Shown here one piece after another: positions 1 through 8,559 of a stretch of 37,629 bases of DNA. The translations under genes were made by a program, and so were the position numbers. The notes beneath the pieces were generated by a model, which saw nothing but the letters and a program-made list of their open reading frames with translations, was not told the origin of the DNA and made no database searches. Every line of letters starts with the position of its first letter. Within the stretch, counting starts at the first letter, position 1. Origin of the DNA: Candidatus Tectimicrobiota bacterium (GTDB taxonomy: Bacteria > JACPUC01); contig JACPUC010000021.1 in the NCBI GenBank assembly GCA_016192455.1, forward strand, positions 62,001-99,629, read 5' to 3'.

Positions 1-781
1 GCGCCGCGTACTCCCGCGCGTACTCCGCCACGTACTCCGGCGTGGCATGGTAGTGGACCCTGCCCTGCACCTCCTCGGGAGGTCCGGCGTTCGGCTGCGC
101 GATCAGATCGAAGAAGCCGCTCTCGGCAATATCCTCCAGCGCCTCCTTCAGGTGGTAGGGAGCGTTGCAGTTCACCCCCAGAACTTCAACGCCGTGGTTG
201 CGCAGCGTCCGCAGCACGCTGCCGGTGTCGCGCTCGTTGCCCAGCTTGCCGTCGGGAAAACCCCGGAACATGCAGATCGGGGGGGCTCCCAGCACCCGCT
301 TCACGGCTTTGATCGCCAGCACCATCTCGCGCAGGTCGAGGAAGGTTTCCAGGGAGACCATGGCGACGCCTCCCTCGGCCAACCCCTCGACCTGTTCGGT
401 GAAGACCTGGAGAATGTCGTCGTCGCTGAGGTTCTCTTCGAAGCGGCGGAATCCGAGGGGACCCACCGAGCCGGAGACGGTCGCCAGCGGGCCGGCGGTC
501 TTGCAGGCCAGGCGGGCCGCCGCCTCGTTGATGGGGCGCACCTTGTCCTCCAAGCCGTACAGCTCCAGCTTCAGAGCATTGGCGCCGAAGCTGTTCGTGT
601 GCAGCAGCCGCGCCCCGGCCTCGAGGTAGGAGCGGTGCACGAGCTGGATCAGGTGGGCATCGCTGAGATTGAGCTGCTCCTTGCAGAGGCCGAACTTGCC
701 GTAGCCGACCTCCAGCATGGTGCCCATGGCGCCGTCGCAGAGCACCACGTCATCCGCGAGGAGGTCTCGCACGTTCACCAT
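1..781 (-). CDS. Homocysteine S-methyltransferase family protein (MetH N-terminal/YitJ-like); 3' end runs off the window
   Basis: Not in the ORF track; translated by hand from ATG 781 (RBS AAGAAGGTGA). Reads MVNVRDLLADDVVLCDGAMGTMLE...HRSYLEAGARLLHTNSFGAN...SGSVGPLG...LETF...GVNC...AQPNAG, which are the hallmark motifs of the Hcy-binding domain. The + ORF 47..973 is its antisense shadow. Confidence 0.93.
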   Translation of the reverse strand, partial: MVNVRDLLADDVVLCDGAMGTMLEVGYGKFGLCKEQLNLSDAHLIQLVHRSYLEAGARLLHTNSFGANALKLELYGLEDKVRPINEAAARLACKTAGPLATVSGSVGPLGFRRFEENLSDDDILQVFTEQVEGLAEGGVAMVSLETFLDLREMVLAIKAVKRVLGAPPICMFRGFPDGKLGNERDTGSVLRTLRNHGVEVLGVNCNAPYHLKEALEDIAESGFFDLIAQPNAGPPEEVQGRVHYHATPEYVAEYAREYAA

Positions 782-842
782 GCGCTCACCTTCTTGAAGA
801 CCGGGAGAGAGCAAAAGCGGCTGGTTGGAAGGAGCTGCCTTC

Positions 843-871
843 AATATCATGAAGTTCCGCCGCCCTGTCAA
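843..871 (-). promoter_or_regulatory. Sigma70-type promoter for the Hcy S-methyltransferase gene
   Basis: Minus strand TTGACA (871-866), 17-nt spacer, GATATT (848-843), about 60 nt upstream of the ATG. Confidence 0.6.
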
Positions 872-1205
872 GAATCGTGGCGGCGGCGGGTGGCCCAGCC
901 CGGCGCCGTGACAGCGCGGCACATCCACGCGGCCCCCGCGGCGCGCCTGCCCGGTTCCCCGCGCCGACGCTGAGGAGAAATACCCTGGCGTCGGCGCCGC
1001 GGCAGGGAGCCGTACCGGCGGCGGGCGTGCAGGGCCATGGCCGCGGGGTGCGTTTCAGCACGGAGTCGGGTATCCTGCGGAGGGGCAGTGGAGGGGCGCC
1101 AGCCGCATCGCAGCCTCGCCGCGCTCCCGGCTCGGCAGGCGCGCAGCGTCACCGGGTCCTCGGCGCGGGCGAGGTGCGGGTTCAGAGCGCTGCCTCTCCG
1201 CCACC

Positions 1206-1928
1206 ATGACGCCGCAGACCGTGCGAGGCATGATCATGAAAGCCTGGGAGGCCTTGGCGTTCGCCAGTGAGGAGGAGCGACGGCAGTACTATGCGAACTT
1301 CCCCCTGCCCCCTGGGCACTCGGTGGCAGCCTTTTGGCAGGACCCCGTCTTCAAGCGGCAGCTCTTCGCCCGTGCGCACCTGCGGCCCGGCACCTCGCTC
1401 CTCCTCATCAGCGAGGCGAACGAGCGCTGCGGCCTCAGCGCCCTGGCGCGCGACGCCGTGGGCGAGCAGGGAAGGCTCGTCGAGCACGACGTCATCCGGG
1501 AAGGACGCACCCTGCACGAGTGGAACATCTACGAGCGCCTCTGCCGGCCGTATGCTCCCGCCACCTTCGACGCCGCCATCGCCACCACCACGCACCACAT
1601 GCAGCAGCTCGACCGCGAGATGGGCGAGCTCATCCGGGTGGTAAAACCGGGGGGCTGGCTCGTCGTCGCCGACAACGGGCCGGGCAAGCTTTTCTTCGAG
1701 CTGGCGAAGCAGGACGCGCACCTGGAGTTCGCCGCCGATCTCCTCATCTACGCGATGGCCGTCTGGCTGAACTTCGGCGACTCGGTCGATGAAGCCTACG
1801 CGAACCTCAAGCGCTGGGGATGCAAGTACGACGAAGAGGACCTGCTGCGCGCCATGCGGCCCGCGCTCGAGGAGGTCGGCGCGTTCGCCTGGAAGGGGCT
1901 GTGGCTGGTGGCCGGACGGAAGCGCTGA
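1206..1928 (+). CDS. Class I SAM-methyltransferase-fold protein with a degenerate motif I
   Basis: UbiE-like segments HLRPGTSLLLI...ARDAVGEQGRLVEHD, FDAAIA and HH...ELIRVVKPGGWLVVAD. Start could instead be a downstream ATG (1230 or 1236). Confidence 0.72.
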   Translation: MTPQTVRGMIMKAWEALAFASEEERRQYYANFPLPPGHSVAAFWQDPVFKRQLFARAHLRPGTSLLLISEANERCGLSALARDAVGEQGRLVEHDVIREGRTLHEWNIYERLCRPYAPATFDAAIATTTHHMQQLDREMGELIRVVKPGGWLVVADNGPGKLFFELAKQDAHLEFAADLLIYAMAVWLNFGDSVDEAYANLKRWGCKYDEEDLLRAMRPALEEVGAFAWKGLWLVAGRKR

Positions 1929-2043
1929 TCGCCGGGGCCGAGGGCGCAACGCCGCAGCCTTGCTCCGCCTTGCCCGGCAGGGGAGTGGGGCGGCGCCGGC
2001 GAGGCGCTGGAGCAAATCGGTGGCAGTGTTGAGAGGTTGCGCA

Positions 2044-3072
2044 ATGGTGAACGCGGCCGTCGTCGCGTCGGGAGCCTGGCGGCGCGGTGCGGCGCTCGCG
2101 GCGTTGCTGCTCCTGGCCCTGCCGCAGCTCGCGGGGGCCCAGGGCGCCGTGGCGCGCCTGGCGTTGCCGGGGCGCACCATGGCGTTCCTGAGCCTCTACG
2201 TCAGCGAGGCGAAGGGCTTTTTCCCGGAGGCGGGCATCGACCTGCGCGTCACGCTGGAATCCGGCGCGAAAACCATGCAGTCCCTGGGCTCCGGCTCCGT
2301 CGAGTTCGCCGGCGGCACCGTGGAGGCGGCGATCCGCGCCCCGGAAGGCGGGCGGCGGCCGATCATCGTCGCGGCGGGGACGAGCCGCCTGCCGCTGGAG
2401 ATCGTGGCGCGCCGGGAGGTGGCGCCGCAGCAGGGGATGCCGCAGGAGACGCCCCTGGCCGAGCGTCTTCGCCTCTTGAAGGGGCGCACCATTGGTCTGT
2501 TGCACAGCGGCGACCTGGCGCACCAGTTCCTCAAGTCCGCGCTGTCGCAAGCTGGTCTCGACCCCGCCCGAGACGTCAAGGTGCTTGGGATCGGGAAACC
2601 GGGGACGCTCCTCGCCAGCCTGCAGCGGCGACTGGTTGACGCCATCATCGCCGTGCCGCCGATGTCCATCGTGCCGCTTCTGCGCGGCTACGGCGTGCGC
2701 CTGGCCAGCGGCCCCCTCAATGATTTCCCGCAGTTCGATCCCTTCCCCTACGCGGTGCTCCTTACCATGGAGCAGACCACGCAGGCGCGGCCGGAGCTGG
2801 TGCGCCGCGTCGTGCGAGCCTGGGTGAAGGGTCTGCGGTTCATCCACGAGCATCCCGAGGAAGCGAGGCAGCTCCTCAAGGCGCAGTTCAAGCGGGCCGA
2901 CGAGGCGCTCATCGAGGCCACCCTGAGGCTCATGCTGCCAGGCGTCTCGAAAGACGGGCGGGTTCCTCTGGAGGGTTTGGAGAGGGTGCAGAAGCTGCTC
3001 CTGGAGGGTGGCGTTCTGAAGCAGCCGATTGATCTCAGCCGCGTCGCCACCAGCCGCTTCCTGCCGGAGTAG
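2044..3072 (+). CDS. ABC transporter substrate-binding protein, NMT1/THI5/SsuA/TauA family
   Basis: Signal peptide (ALAALLLLALPQLAGA); LYVSEAKGFFPEAGIDL, LKGRTIG, AGLDPARDV and KGLRFIHEHPEEA segments. Start moved from 1789 to ATG 2044, after GAGAGG. Confidence 0.88.
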   Translation: MVNAAVVASGAWRRGAALAALLLLALPQLAGAQGAVARLALPGRTMAFLSLYVSEAKGFFPEAGIDLRVTLESGAKTMQSLGSGSVEFAGGTVEAAIRAPEGGRRPIIVAAGTSRLPLEIVARREVAPQQGMPQETPLAERLRLLKGRTIGLLHSGDLAHQFLKSALSQAGLDPARDVKVLGIGKPGTLLASLQRRLVDAIIAVPPMSIVPLLRGYGVRLASGPLNDFPQFDPFPYAVLLTMEQTTQARPELVRRVVRAWVKGLRFIHEHPEEARQLLKAQFKRADEALIEATLRLMLPGVSKDGRVPLEGLERVQKLLLEGGVLKQPIDLSRVATSRFLPE

Positions 3073-3133
3073 GGGAGAGCGCCGGCCTGGCTCATGGCCG
3101 CGCGTCCAGTTTGGTTGAGGGAGGAGGAAGATC

Positions 3134-4177
3134 ATGCAGCAACACCGACGGCGTCTCATTCGGAGCAGTGCTGTGATGCTGGCCCTGCTGCTCAGCGTGC
3201 TTCTAGGTCTGGCTGCCGCGCCGGCTCCCTCGGCGTCCGCCGCCGGCGACGCCGTCCGCATTGCGGTGCCGGCGCGCAGCATGTCCTTCAGCGCCATCTA
3301 CGTCGGCCAGGGCAAGAAGTTCTTCGAGGAGCAAGGACTCGACCTGCGCGTCTCGGTGGTGGCGGGGATCGGCGCTTTGCAGGCGATGCTCGCCGGCTCG
3401 ACCGATTTCACCGGGCTCACCGGCACCGAGGTCATCAAGGCCCACACCAAGGGCCTCACGCCCGTCGTCATCGCGGCGGGCATCGAGCGCATGAGCATGG
3501 AGATCATCGCTGACAAGGAGAAGGCCACGGCGGCGGGGGTGACCGAGTCCTCCTCCTTGCAAGAGAAGCTCCGCTTCATGAAAGGACGCACTATCGGCGT
3601 CCTGCGCACCGGCGCCGTGGCGCATTTCTTCCTCCTCTACGCGGCGGCGAGAGGCGGACTCGATCCGAAGACCGACCTCAGCATCGTCAGCCTCGGCACA
3701 CCGCCGGCGCTCTTCGCCAGCCTGGAGAAGAAACAGATTGATGCCTTCGTCTTCGTGCCGCCGATCAGCGTCATCCCCGTGGTGAAAGGATACGGCCTGC
3801 GCCTGGCGAGCGGCCCGCTGAACACCTTCCCCGAGATCGCGCCGTTCCCCTATATCTCCTTGCTCACCATGGCGAAGACCGCCCAGGAGAACCCCGGCCT
3901 GACGCGCCGCATGACCCATGCCTTCGTCAAGGGGCTGCGCCACATCCACTCGCATCCTGAGGAGTCCGCGGCGCTGGTCAAGGCGCAGTTCAAGGATGTC
4001 CCGGAGCCGGTGCTCAATGAGTCGCTGCGCCTCGTCCTGCCGTCGCACTCGAAGGATGGGCGCATCACCCTGGCGGCCATGGAGACGGCGCAGAAGTTCC
4101 TGCTCGACGGCGGCGCCATCGACAAGCCGGTGGACCTGAGCAAGACCTTCACGAACGACTTCCTACCGAAGGAATAG
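3134..4177 (+). CDS. ABC transporter substrate-binding protein, NMT1/THI5/SsuA/TauA family (paralog of the upstream gene)
   Basis: Strong RBS GGAGGAGG; signal peptide; IYVGQGKKFFEEQGLDL, MKGRTIG, GLDPKTD and GYGLRLASGPLN segments. Confidence 0.9.
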   Translation: MQQHRRRLIRSSAVMLALLLSVLLGLAAAPAPSASAAGDAVRIAVPARSMSFSAIYVGQGKKFFEEQGLDLRVSVVAGIGALQAMLAGSTDFTGLTGTEVIKAHTKGLTPVVIAAGIERMSMEIIADKEKATAAGVTESSSLQEKLRFMKGRTIGVLRTGAVAHFFLLYAAARGGLDPKTDLSIVSLGTPPALFASLEKKQIDAFVFVPPISVIPVVKGYGLRLASGPLNTFPEIAPFPYISLLTMAKTAQENPGLTRRMTHAFVKGLRHIHSHPEESAALVKAQFKDVPEPVLNESLRLVLPSHSKDGRITLAAMETAQKFLLDGGAIDKPVDLSKTFTNDFLPKE

Positions 4178-4274
4178 GGCGTGGGGGGCGGGCTGGCTGG
4201 GGAGGCGGCGCGGCAGCGAGGGGGGATGCCTGGGGCCGGGAGGTGACCCTCGAGGCGGCGCAAAGCGGTCCCCT

Positions 4275-5183
4275 TCACTCACCATCCTCGTATCCCGGCT
4301 CGCCCGGGATGACGAAGCGGCGCACGCCGTCCACCTCGAGGCGACGCGGCATGATCGGGGCGATGCGGCGCTGCTTGGTTGCGGCGAGGATCTCCGCGAC
4401 GCTGCGCGACTGCCCTACCTGCTGGAGGTTCCGCTGCGTCGCCAGCATGGCGAGCATGGAGCCCTCGCCGATCTTCGCCAGGGCCTCCTGCGGCGTCAGC
4501 CAGGCGCCATCCACGGCTTCGCCTTGGTCATGGCGAGGCTCCTGCCCTGGCGGCAGGACCGCCACGAAGAAGCGGGCGCTGAAGCGCCGCGGCACCCAGA
4601 CCGGGGTGATCCAGTGGGCGAAGGCGTGCAGGCGGCGGGCCGCCAGGGTGAGGTTCGCGCCCGAAACGATGTCGCGGAACGACAGGGCGCGCTGACGCAG
4701 GAGCGCGGCATATTCCTGGTAGCGTGGCGCGTGGCTCTCCACGAAGGCGCCGCCGGCGTCGTAGGCCAGGAGGAGGCCGGCCTCCTCGAAGAGTTCGCGG
4801 ATCGCCGCCACCCAGAGTCCGAGGCCTGGCGTCTCTCCTGGCTGCGCCCCGAAGGCCGCCGCGGCATCCTCCTCGCTGAGGCCGTCGCAGCGGCTGGTGA
4901 GGAACAGGTCCCGGTCGGCCGGGTCCACCTTCCCCCCTGGGAAGACGTAGCGACCCCCAGCGACTTCGAGCTCTTCATGCCGCTGCACGAGGTAGACCTC
5001 GAGGCCGCCGGCGCCGCTGACCGTGGGCCGATCACGCACCAGGATCACCGTCGCCGCGTCCGCGGCCGGCGCGATCTTCCCATCCCAGGGAGCGCGACTC
5101 GGCTGGAGAGGAACGGCGGCGCGTCGCTCGAGCTCTGGTCGGCCGCGGCGTTGCTGGTGAGATTCGGAGCTCTGCGAAACCAT
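4275..5183 (-). CDS. NUDIX hydrolase (NUDT19-like)
   Basis: DAATVILVRD, YVFPGGKVDPAD, a split Nudix box ending AAIRELFEEAG, and HWITPVWVPRRFSARFF. Start uncertain; ATG 5183 chosen. Confidence 0.88.
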   Translation of the reverse strand: MVSQSSESHQQRRGRPELERRAAVPLQPSRAPWDGKIAPAADAATVILVRDRPTVSGAGGLEVYLVQRHEELEVAGGRYVFPGGKVDPADRDLFLTSRCDGLSEEDAAAAFGAQPGETPGLGLWVAAIRELFEEAGLLLAYDAGGAFVESHAPRYQEYAALLRQRALSFRDIVSGANLTLAARRLHAFAHWITPVWVPRRFSARFFVAVLPPGQEPRHDQGEAVDGAWLTPQEALAKIGEGSMLAMLATQRNLQQVGQSRSVAEILAATKQRRIAPIMPRRLEVDGVRRFVIPGEPGYEDGE

Positions 5184-5227
5184 GTGGCGTGTTCCTGAAC
5201 AGTGGAGGATTTCTCGCCGCGGCTGCC

Positions 5228-5256
5228 TTGACACCCCCGTCCCGGACGGGTACAAC
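5228..5256 (+). promoter_or_regulatory. Near-consensus sigma70 promoter
   Basis: TTGACA (5228-5233), 17-nt spacer, TACAAC (5251-5256). Confidence 0.65.
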
Positions 5257-5604
5257 CCTCCGTGGTGGTCGTGAGATTAGCTACCGGTAATCGTCGCGCC
5301 GCTGTGGATTTTTGCAGCGCTTGGTTCAAACCATACACCCCCCGGACTCAACGCGCCAGGTCGCCCGCCGCCACCGGGTAAGCCGAGCGGCTGCGTGGCG
5401 TCGGCGCCGAGGCGTCGATCAGGCAGGCCAGGGGCGCGGGCGGAGCGGCGACGCTCCGTGGCTCCCTCGTCCAGGCGCCTCCCATGAGTGCGTTCGAGGC
5501 GGGGAGGGCTTCGGGACGAAGCGCTCTCCGCGCCGCGAGCCGGCCCGTCCGCCGTACTGCGTCAAGAGTTCCCAAGGTCAGCGGGCCATCCAAGGAGCGT
5601 GACG

Positions 5605-6594
5605 ATGAAGTTCGACGTCGAATTCAACTCGGCTGGACAGCTCTCCGTCGAGGCCGTCCTCGAAGGCGCCGTGGTGGCTGAGCAGAAGGGCTTCCACACG
5701 GTCTGGAAGGGCGAGTCCAACAGCAAGGACCCCCTCGTCCTCCTGACGGCCATCGCGGCCCGCACGCAGCGCATTAACCTGGGGACGGCCGTCTACCATA
5801 TCTTCGGGCGCACGCCGGTCACCCTCGGCATTATGGCCGCCAGCCTCGACGAGCTGTCGGGAGGACGCTTCATCTTCGGCCTTGGCGTGGCGAACCGGAA
5901 CATCGCCACCTGGCACGGCCAGTCGTTTGCGAAGCCGCTGAAAGCAATCCGCGAGTACGTGGAGATCGTGCAGCAGACCTTCAGCGGCCAGAAGGTTTCG
6001 TACAAAGGCGAGTTCTTCTCCGCGGAGGGGTTCCGCCTTGCCTTCAAGCCGGTGAGCGCCCGCCTGCCGATCTACCTCGCCGGCCTGGGACCCAAAATGA
6101 CGCGCCTGGCCGGCAGCATCGCGGACGGCGTCCTCATCAACATGGGCACGCCGGGGAAGATCGGGGAGATCGCCTCGAACGCGCGCGAAGGCGCCGCCGC
6201 GGCGGGCCGGAACCCGGGTGACGTTGCAATCGTCGCCAAGGTGCGCTGCTCGATCCACGAGGACATCAAGGTCGCCCGCTCGAACCTGAAGAAGATCGTC
6301 ACCTTTTACGGCCTTGCCGATCACTACCGCGATGCCCTGCGCGGCCTCGGGTTCGGCAGCCTCGTCGATACCCTCCACGAGACCTGGAAGCAGAAGGGTT
6401 TCCACGCCGCCAAGGAGCAGGTCGCGGACGAGGTGCTCGATCAGCTCCCAACCATCGCCGCCACCTCCATGGCGCACCTGAAGGAGCGCCTGCGGCCCTT
6501 CGAAGCGAGCGCCGCGACGCGCCTCATCATCCCCTACGTGCCGGTCACCGACGACTACGCCGCCGAGGTCCTGGCATTCCTGCGCGACTGGTAG
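5605..6594 (+). CDS. LLM-class flavin/F420-dependent oxidoreductase (Mer-like)
   Basis: AEQKGFHTVWKGE, DPLVLLTAIAARTQRINLGTAV, SLDELSGGRFIFGLG and PIYLAGLGPKMTRLAGSIADG. RBS AAGGAG precedes ATG 5605. Confidence 0.92.
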   Translation: MKFDVEFNSAGQLSVEAVLEGAVVAEQKGFHTVWKGESNSKDPLVLLTAIAARTQRINLGTAVYHIFGRTPVTLGIMAASLDELSGGRFIFGLGVANRNIATWHGQSFAKPLKAIREYVEIVQQTFSGQKVSYKGEFFSAEGFRLAFKPVSARLPIYLAGLGPKMTRLAGSIADGVLINMGTPGKIGEIASNAREGAAAAGRNPGDVAIVAKVRCSIHEDIKVARSNLKKIVTFYGLADHYRDALRGLGFGSLVDTLHETWKQKGFHAAKEQVADEVLDQLPTIAATSMAHLKERLRPFEASAATRLIIPYVPVTDDYAAEVLAFLRDW

Positions 6595-6656
6595 GCGTTG
6601 GAAGCGGCGTCAGCTTCTCCGCCTGCGCCGCCGCGACGCCCCGAGGGAGCCCCAGC

Positions 6657-7529
6657 ATGGAGCCGGCGACGCAATTGCGGCGACTCCTCGAGGATCCCGG
6701 CATCCTGGTGCTGCCTGGCGTCTACGATGCCCTGAGCGCCCGCCTCGCCGAGCAGGTCGGCTTCGCCGCCCTCTTCACCAGCGGCTTCGGCATCGCCGCC
6801 TCCAGCCTGGGTCTGCCGGACTACGGCCTGATGACGATGACCGAGTCCCTCGAGCGCGTGCGGCGCATCGTGCAGGCCGTCAGCCGGCCGGTGGTGGCGG
6901 ACTGCGATACCGGCTACGGCAACCCCCTGAACGTCATGCGCACCGTGCACGAGTGCCTGGCCATCGGCGTCGCCGGTATCATCCTCGAGGACCAGGAATG
7001 GCCGAAGAAGTGCGGCCACATGCAGGCGAAGCGCGTCATCCCCCTCGCCGAGCAGGTGGAGAAGATCAAGGCGGCGGTGCAGGCGCGCGGCGAGCGCGAC
7101 CTGGTGCTCATCGGCCGCACCGACGCCCGCGAGCCCCTCGGCATCGAGGAGGCGCTGCGGCGCGGCAAGGCCTTCGCCGAGGCGGGGGCGGACGTGGTGT
7201 TCATTGAAGCGCCGCAGTCCGTGGACGAGCTGCGCCTGATCAGCAGGGAGATCAAGGCGCCGACCTTCGCCAACATGATCGAGGGGGGCAAGACGCCTCT
7301 CCTCAGCCGCGAGGAGCTCCGGGACCTCGGTTTTAAGATTGTCGTCTTCCCCCTCTCCTCGTTGTTTGCCGCCGCCTGGGCCATGCGTGCGGTGCTGCAA
7401 CGGCTGAAGGAGACCGGCTCCACTCAGGGATTCAACGATCTCGCTGATTTCCACGCCTTTGAGGAGCTGATGCGCGTGCCGCACTATCGCGCCCTCGAGC
7501 AGCAATTCCGTGTTGATGGCGCGGCCTGA
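6657..7529 (+). CDS. Isocitrate lyase/PEP mutase family enzyme (methylisocitrate lyase/CPEP mutase-like)
   Basis: PGVYDALSA, DCDTGYG, LEDQEWPKKCGH catalytic loop, IGRTDA and ANMIEGGKTP. Confidence 0.93.
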   Translation: MEPATQLRRLLEDPGILVLPGVYDALSARLAEQVGFAALFTSGFGIAASSLGLPDYGLMTMTESLERVRRIVQAVSRPVVADCDTGYGNPLNVMRTVHECLAIGVAGIILEDQEWPKKCGHMQAKRVIPLAEQVEKIKAAVQARGERDLVLIGRTDAREPLGIEEALRRGKAFAEAGADVVFIEAPQSVDELRLISREIKAPTFANMIEGGKTPLLSREELRDLGFKIVVFPLSSLFAAAWAMRAVLQRLKETGSTQGFNDLADFHAFEELMRVPHYRALEQQFRVDGAA

Positions 7530-7813
7530 CCGCAAGCTCCCCTGCCGTGACTGCCGCCACCCCGCCGAAACTCCCAGCCCGCCAACCTCGTGAGCATCCG
7601 CGCCCGGACGGCCCCACCTCGTCGCTCTCCGGCTGATCTCTTCTTATACTGCGAACGAAGCATCTCGCGCCGTCCGGCCATCCCTCCAGGTGCGGCCATG
7701 CTCTCATGCTTCGTTGCGGAGCGCGTTCCGGCGCGCCACGAGGCGGAATTCCTGTCGGGAACCGTGCCGGGCGCGGCCCTTGAGTCGCCCCCGTGGCGCT
7801 CGAAGGAGGAAGC

Positions 7814-8467
7814 ATGCTCTCTTCCCCCGTGTCACTCGTCCCTCTCTTCCTCTCCTGCCTGGTCCTCCTGCAGCTCGGCTTCCCCACGAACGGCAACCCG
7901 CAGACGATGGAGGAGCTCCTGCTCACCCTGCGCGCGGGCACGGCGGAGGAGAAGGTGCGGGCGGTGATCCAGCTCGTGAACCGTGGCGATCAACGAGCCC
8001 TGCCGCACCTCAAGGAAGCGCTGCGCGACGCGCATGAGCGCGTCCGGCAGGCCGCCGAGCAGGGGATGTGGGCGCTCTGGCTGCAATCCAGCGATGCCGC
8101 CGTCGACACGCTCATGGAGCGTGGCATCCGGCTTCTGGAACAACGCCGCTTCGAGGAGGCGGTGCAGGTCTTCGCGGACATCGTCGCTCAAGCTCCGGGC
8201 TTCGCCGAGGGCTACAATAAACGCGCCACCGTCTACTACCTCATGAAGGAGTTCGACAAGTCGCTGCGCGACTGCGCGGCGACGCTGCGGCTCAACCCTG
8301 ATCACTTCGGTGCCTTGAGCGGCAGCGGCCTGTGCTACGTCGGCCTGAAGCGCTACCGCGAAGCGCTGCGGGCCTTCCGGCGCGCCGTGGCGGTCAATCC
8401 GAACCTCGAGAGCATCAAGGAGTACATCAAGGATCTCGAGGCCTACCTGCGCAACCGCTCGCTCTGA
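7814..8467 (+). CDS. HEAT-repeat plus tetratricopeptide-repeat protein, probably exported or membrane-anchored
   Basis: RBS AAGGAGG; hydrophobic N-terminus; HEAT-like RALPHLKEALRDAHERVRQAA; TPR motifs AEGYNKRATVYY and LNPDHFGALSGSG. Confidence 0.85.
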   Translation: MLSSPVSLVPLFLSCLVLLQLGFPTNGNPQTMEELLLTLRAGTAEEKVRAVIQLVNRGDQRALPHLKEALRDAHERVRQAAEQGMWALWLQSSDAAVDTLMERGIRLLEQRRFEEAVQVFADIVAQAPGFAEGYNKRATVYYLMKEFDKSLRDCAATLRLNPDHFGALSGSGLCYVGLKRYREALRAFRRAVAVNPNLESIKEYIKDLEAYLRNRSL

Positions 8468-8559
8468 CGACGGCGGCGGGCAGCGTCGGATAGGCTTCCA
8501 GCCGGTCATCTCTCGGCTGGTGGGGAGCGGCCCGGGGGGAGGATGCAGCGCGGTGGGGG

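Noticed and set aside
7-40. Short direct repeats CGTACTCC (three copies, 12-bp period) suggesting an array
   Set aside because: They lie in coding sequence and encode the EYVA-EYAR-EYAA helix; too short for CRISPR.
782-842. SAM riboswitch upstream of the Hcy S-methyltransferase
   Set aside because: The leader from the predicted promoter is only about 55 nt and lacks SAM-I and SAM-II motifs.
47-973. 308-aa plus-strand ORF
   Set aside because: Same-register antisense shadow of the minus-strand homocysteine S-methyltransferase; it has no motifs of its own.
5260-5346. Canonical tRNA or tRNA-Sec
   Set aside because: No 7-bp acceptor stem, D-arm consensus or CCA end, and the T-like loop is too short. 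Kept only as an unknown structured RNA.
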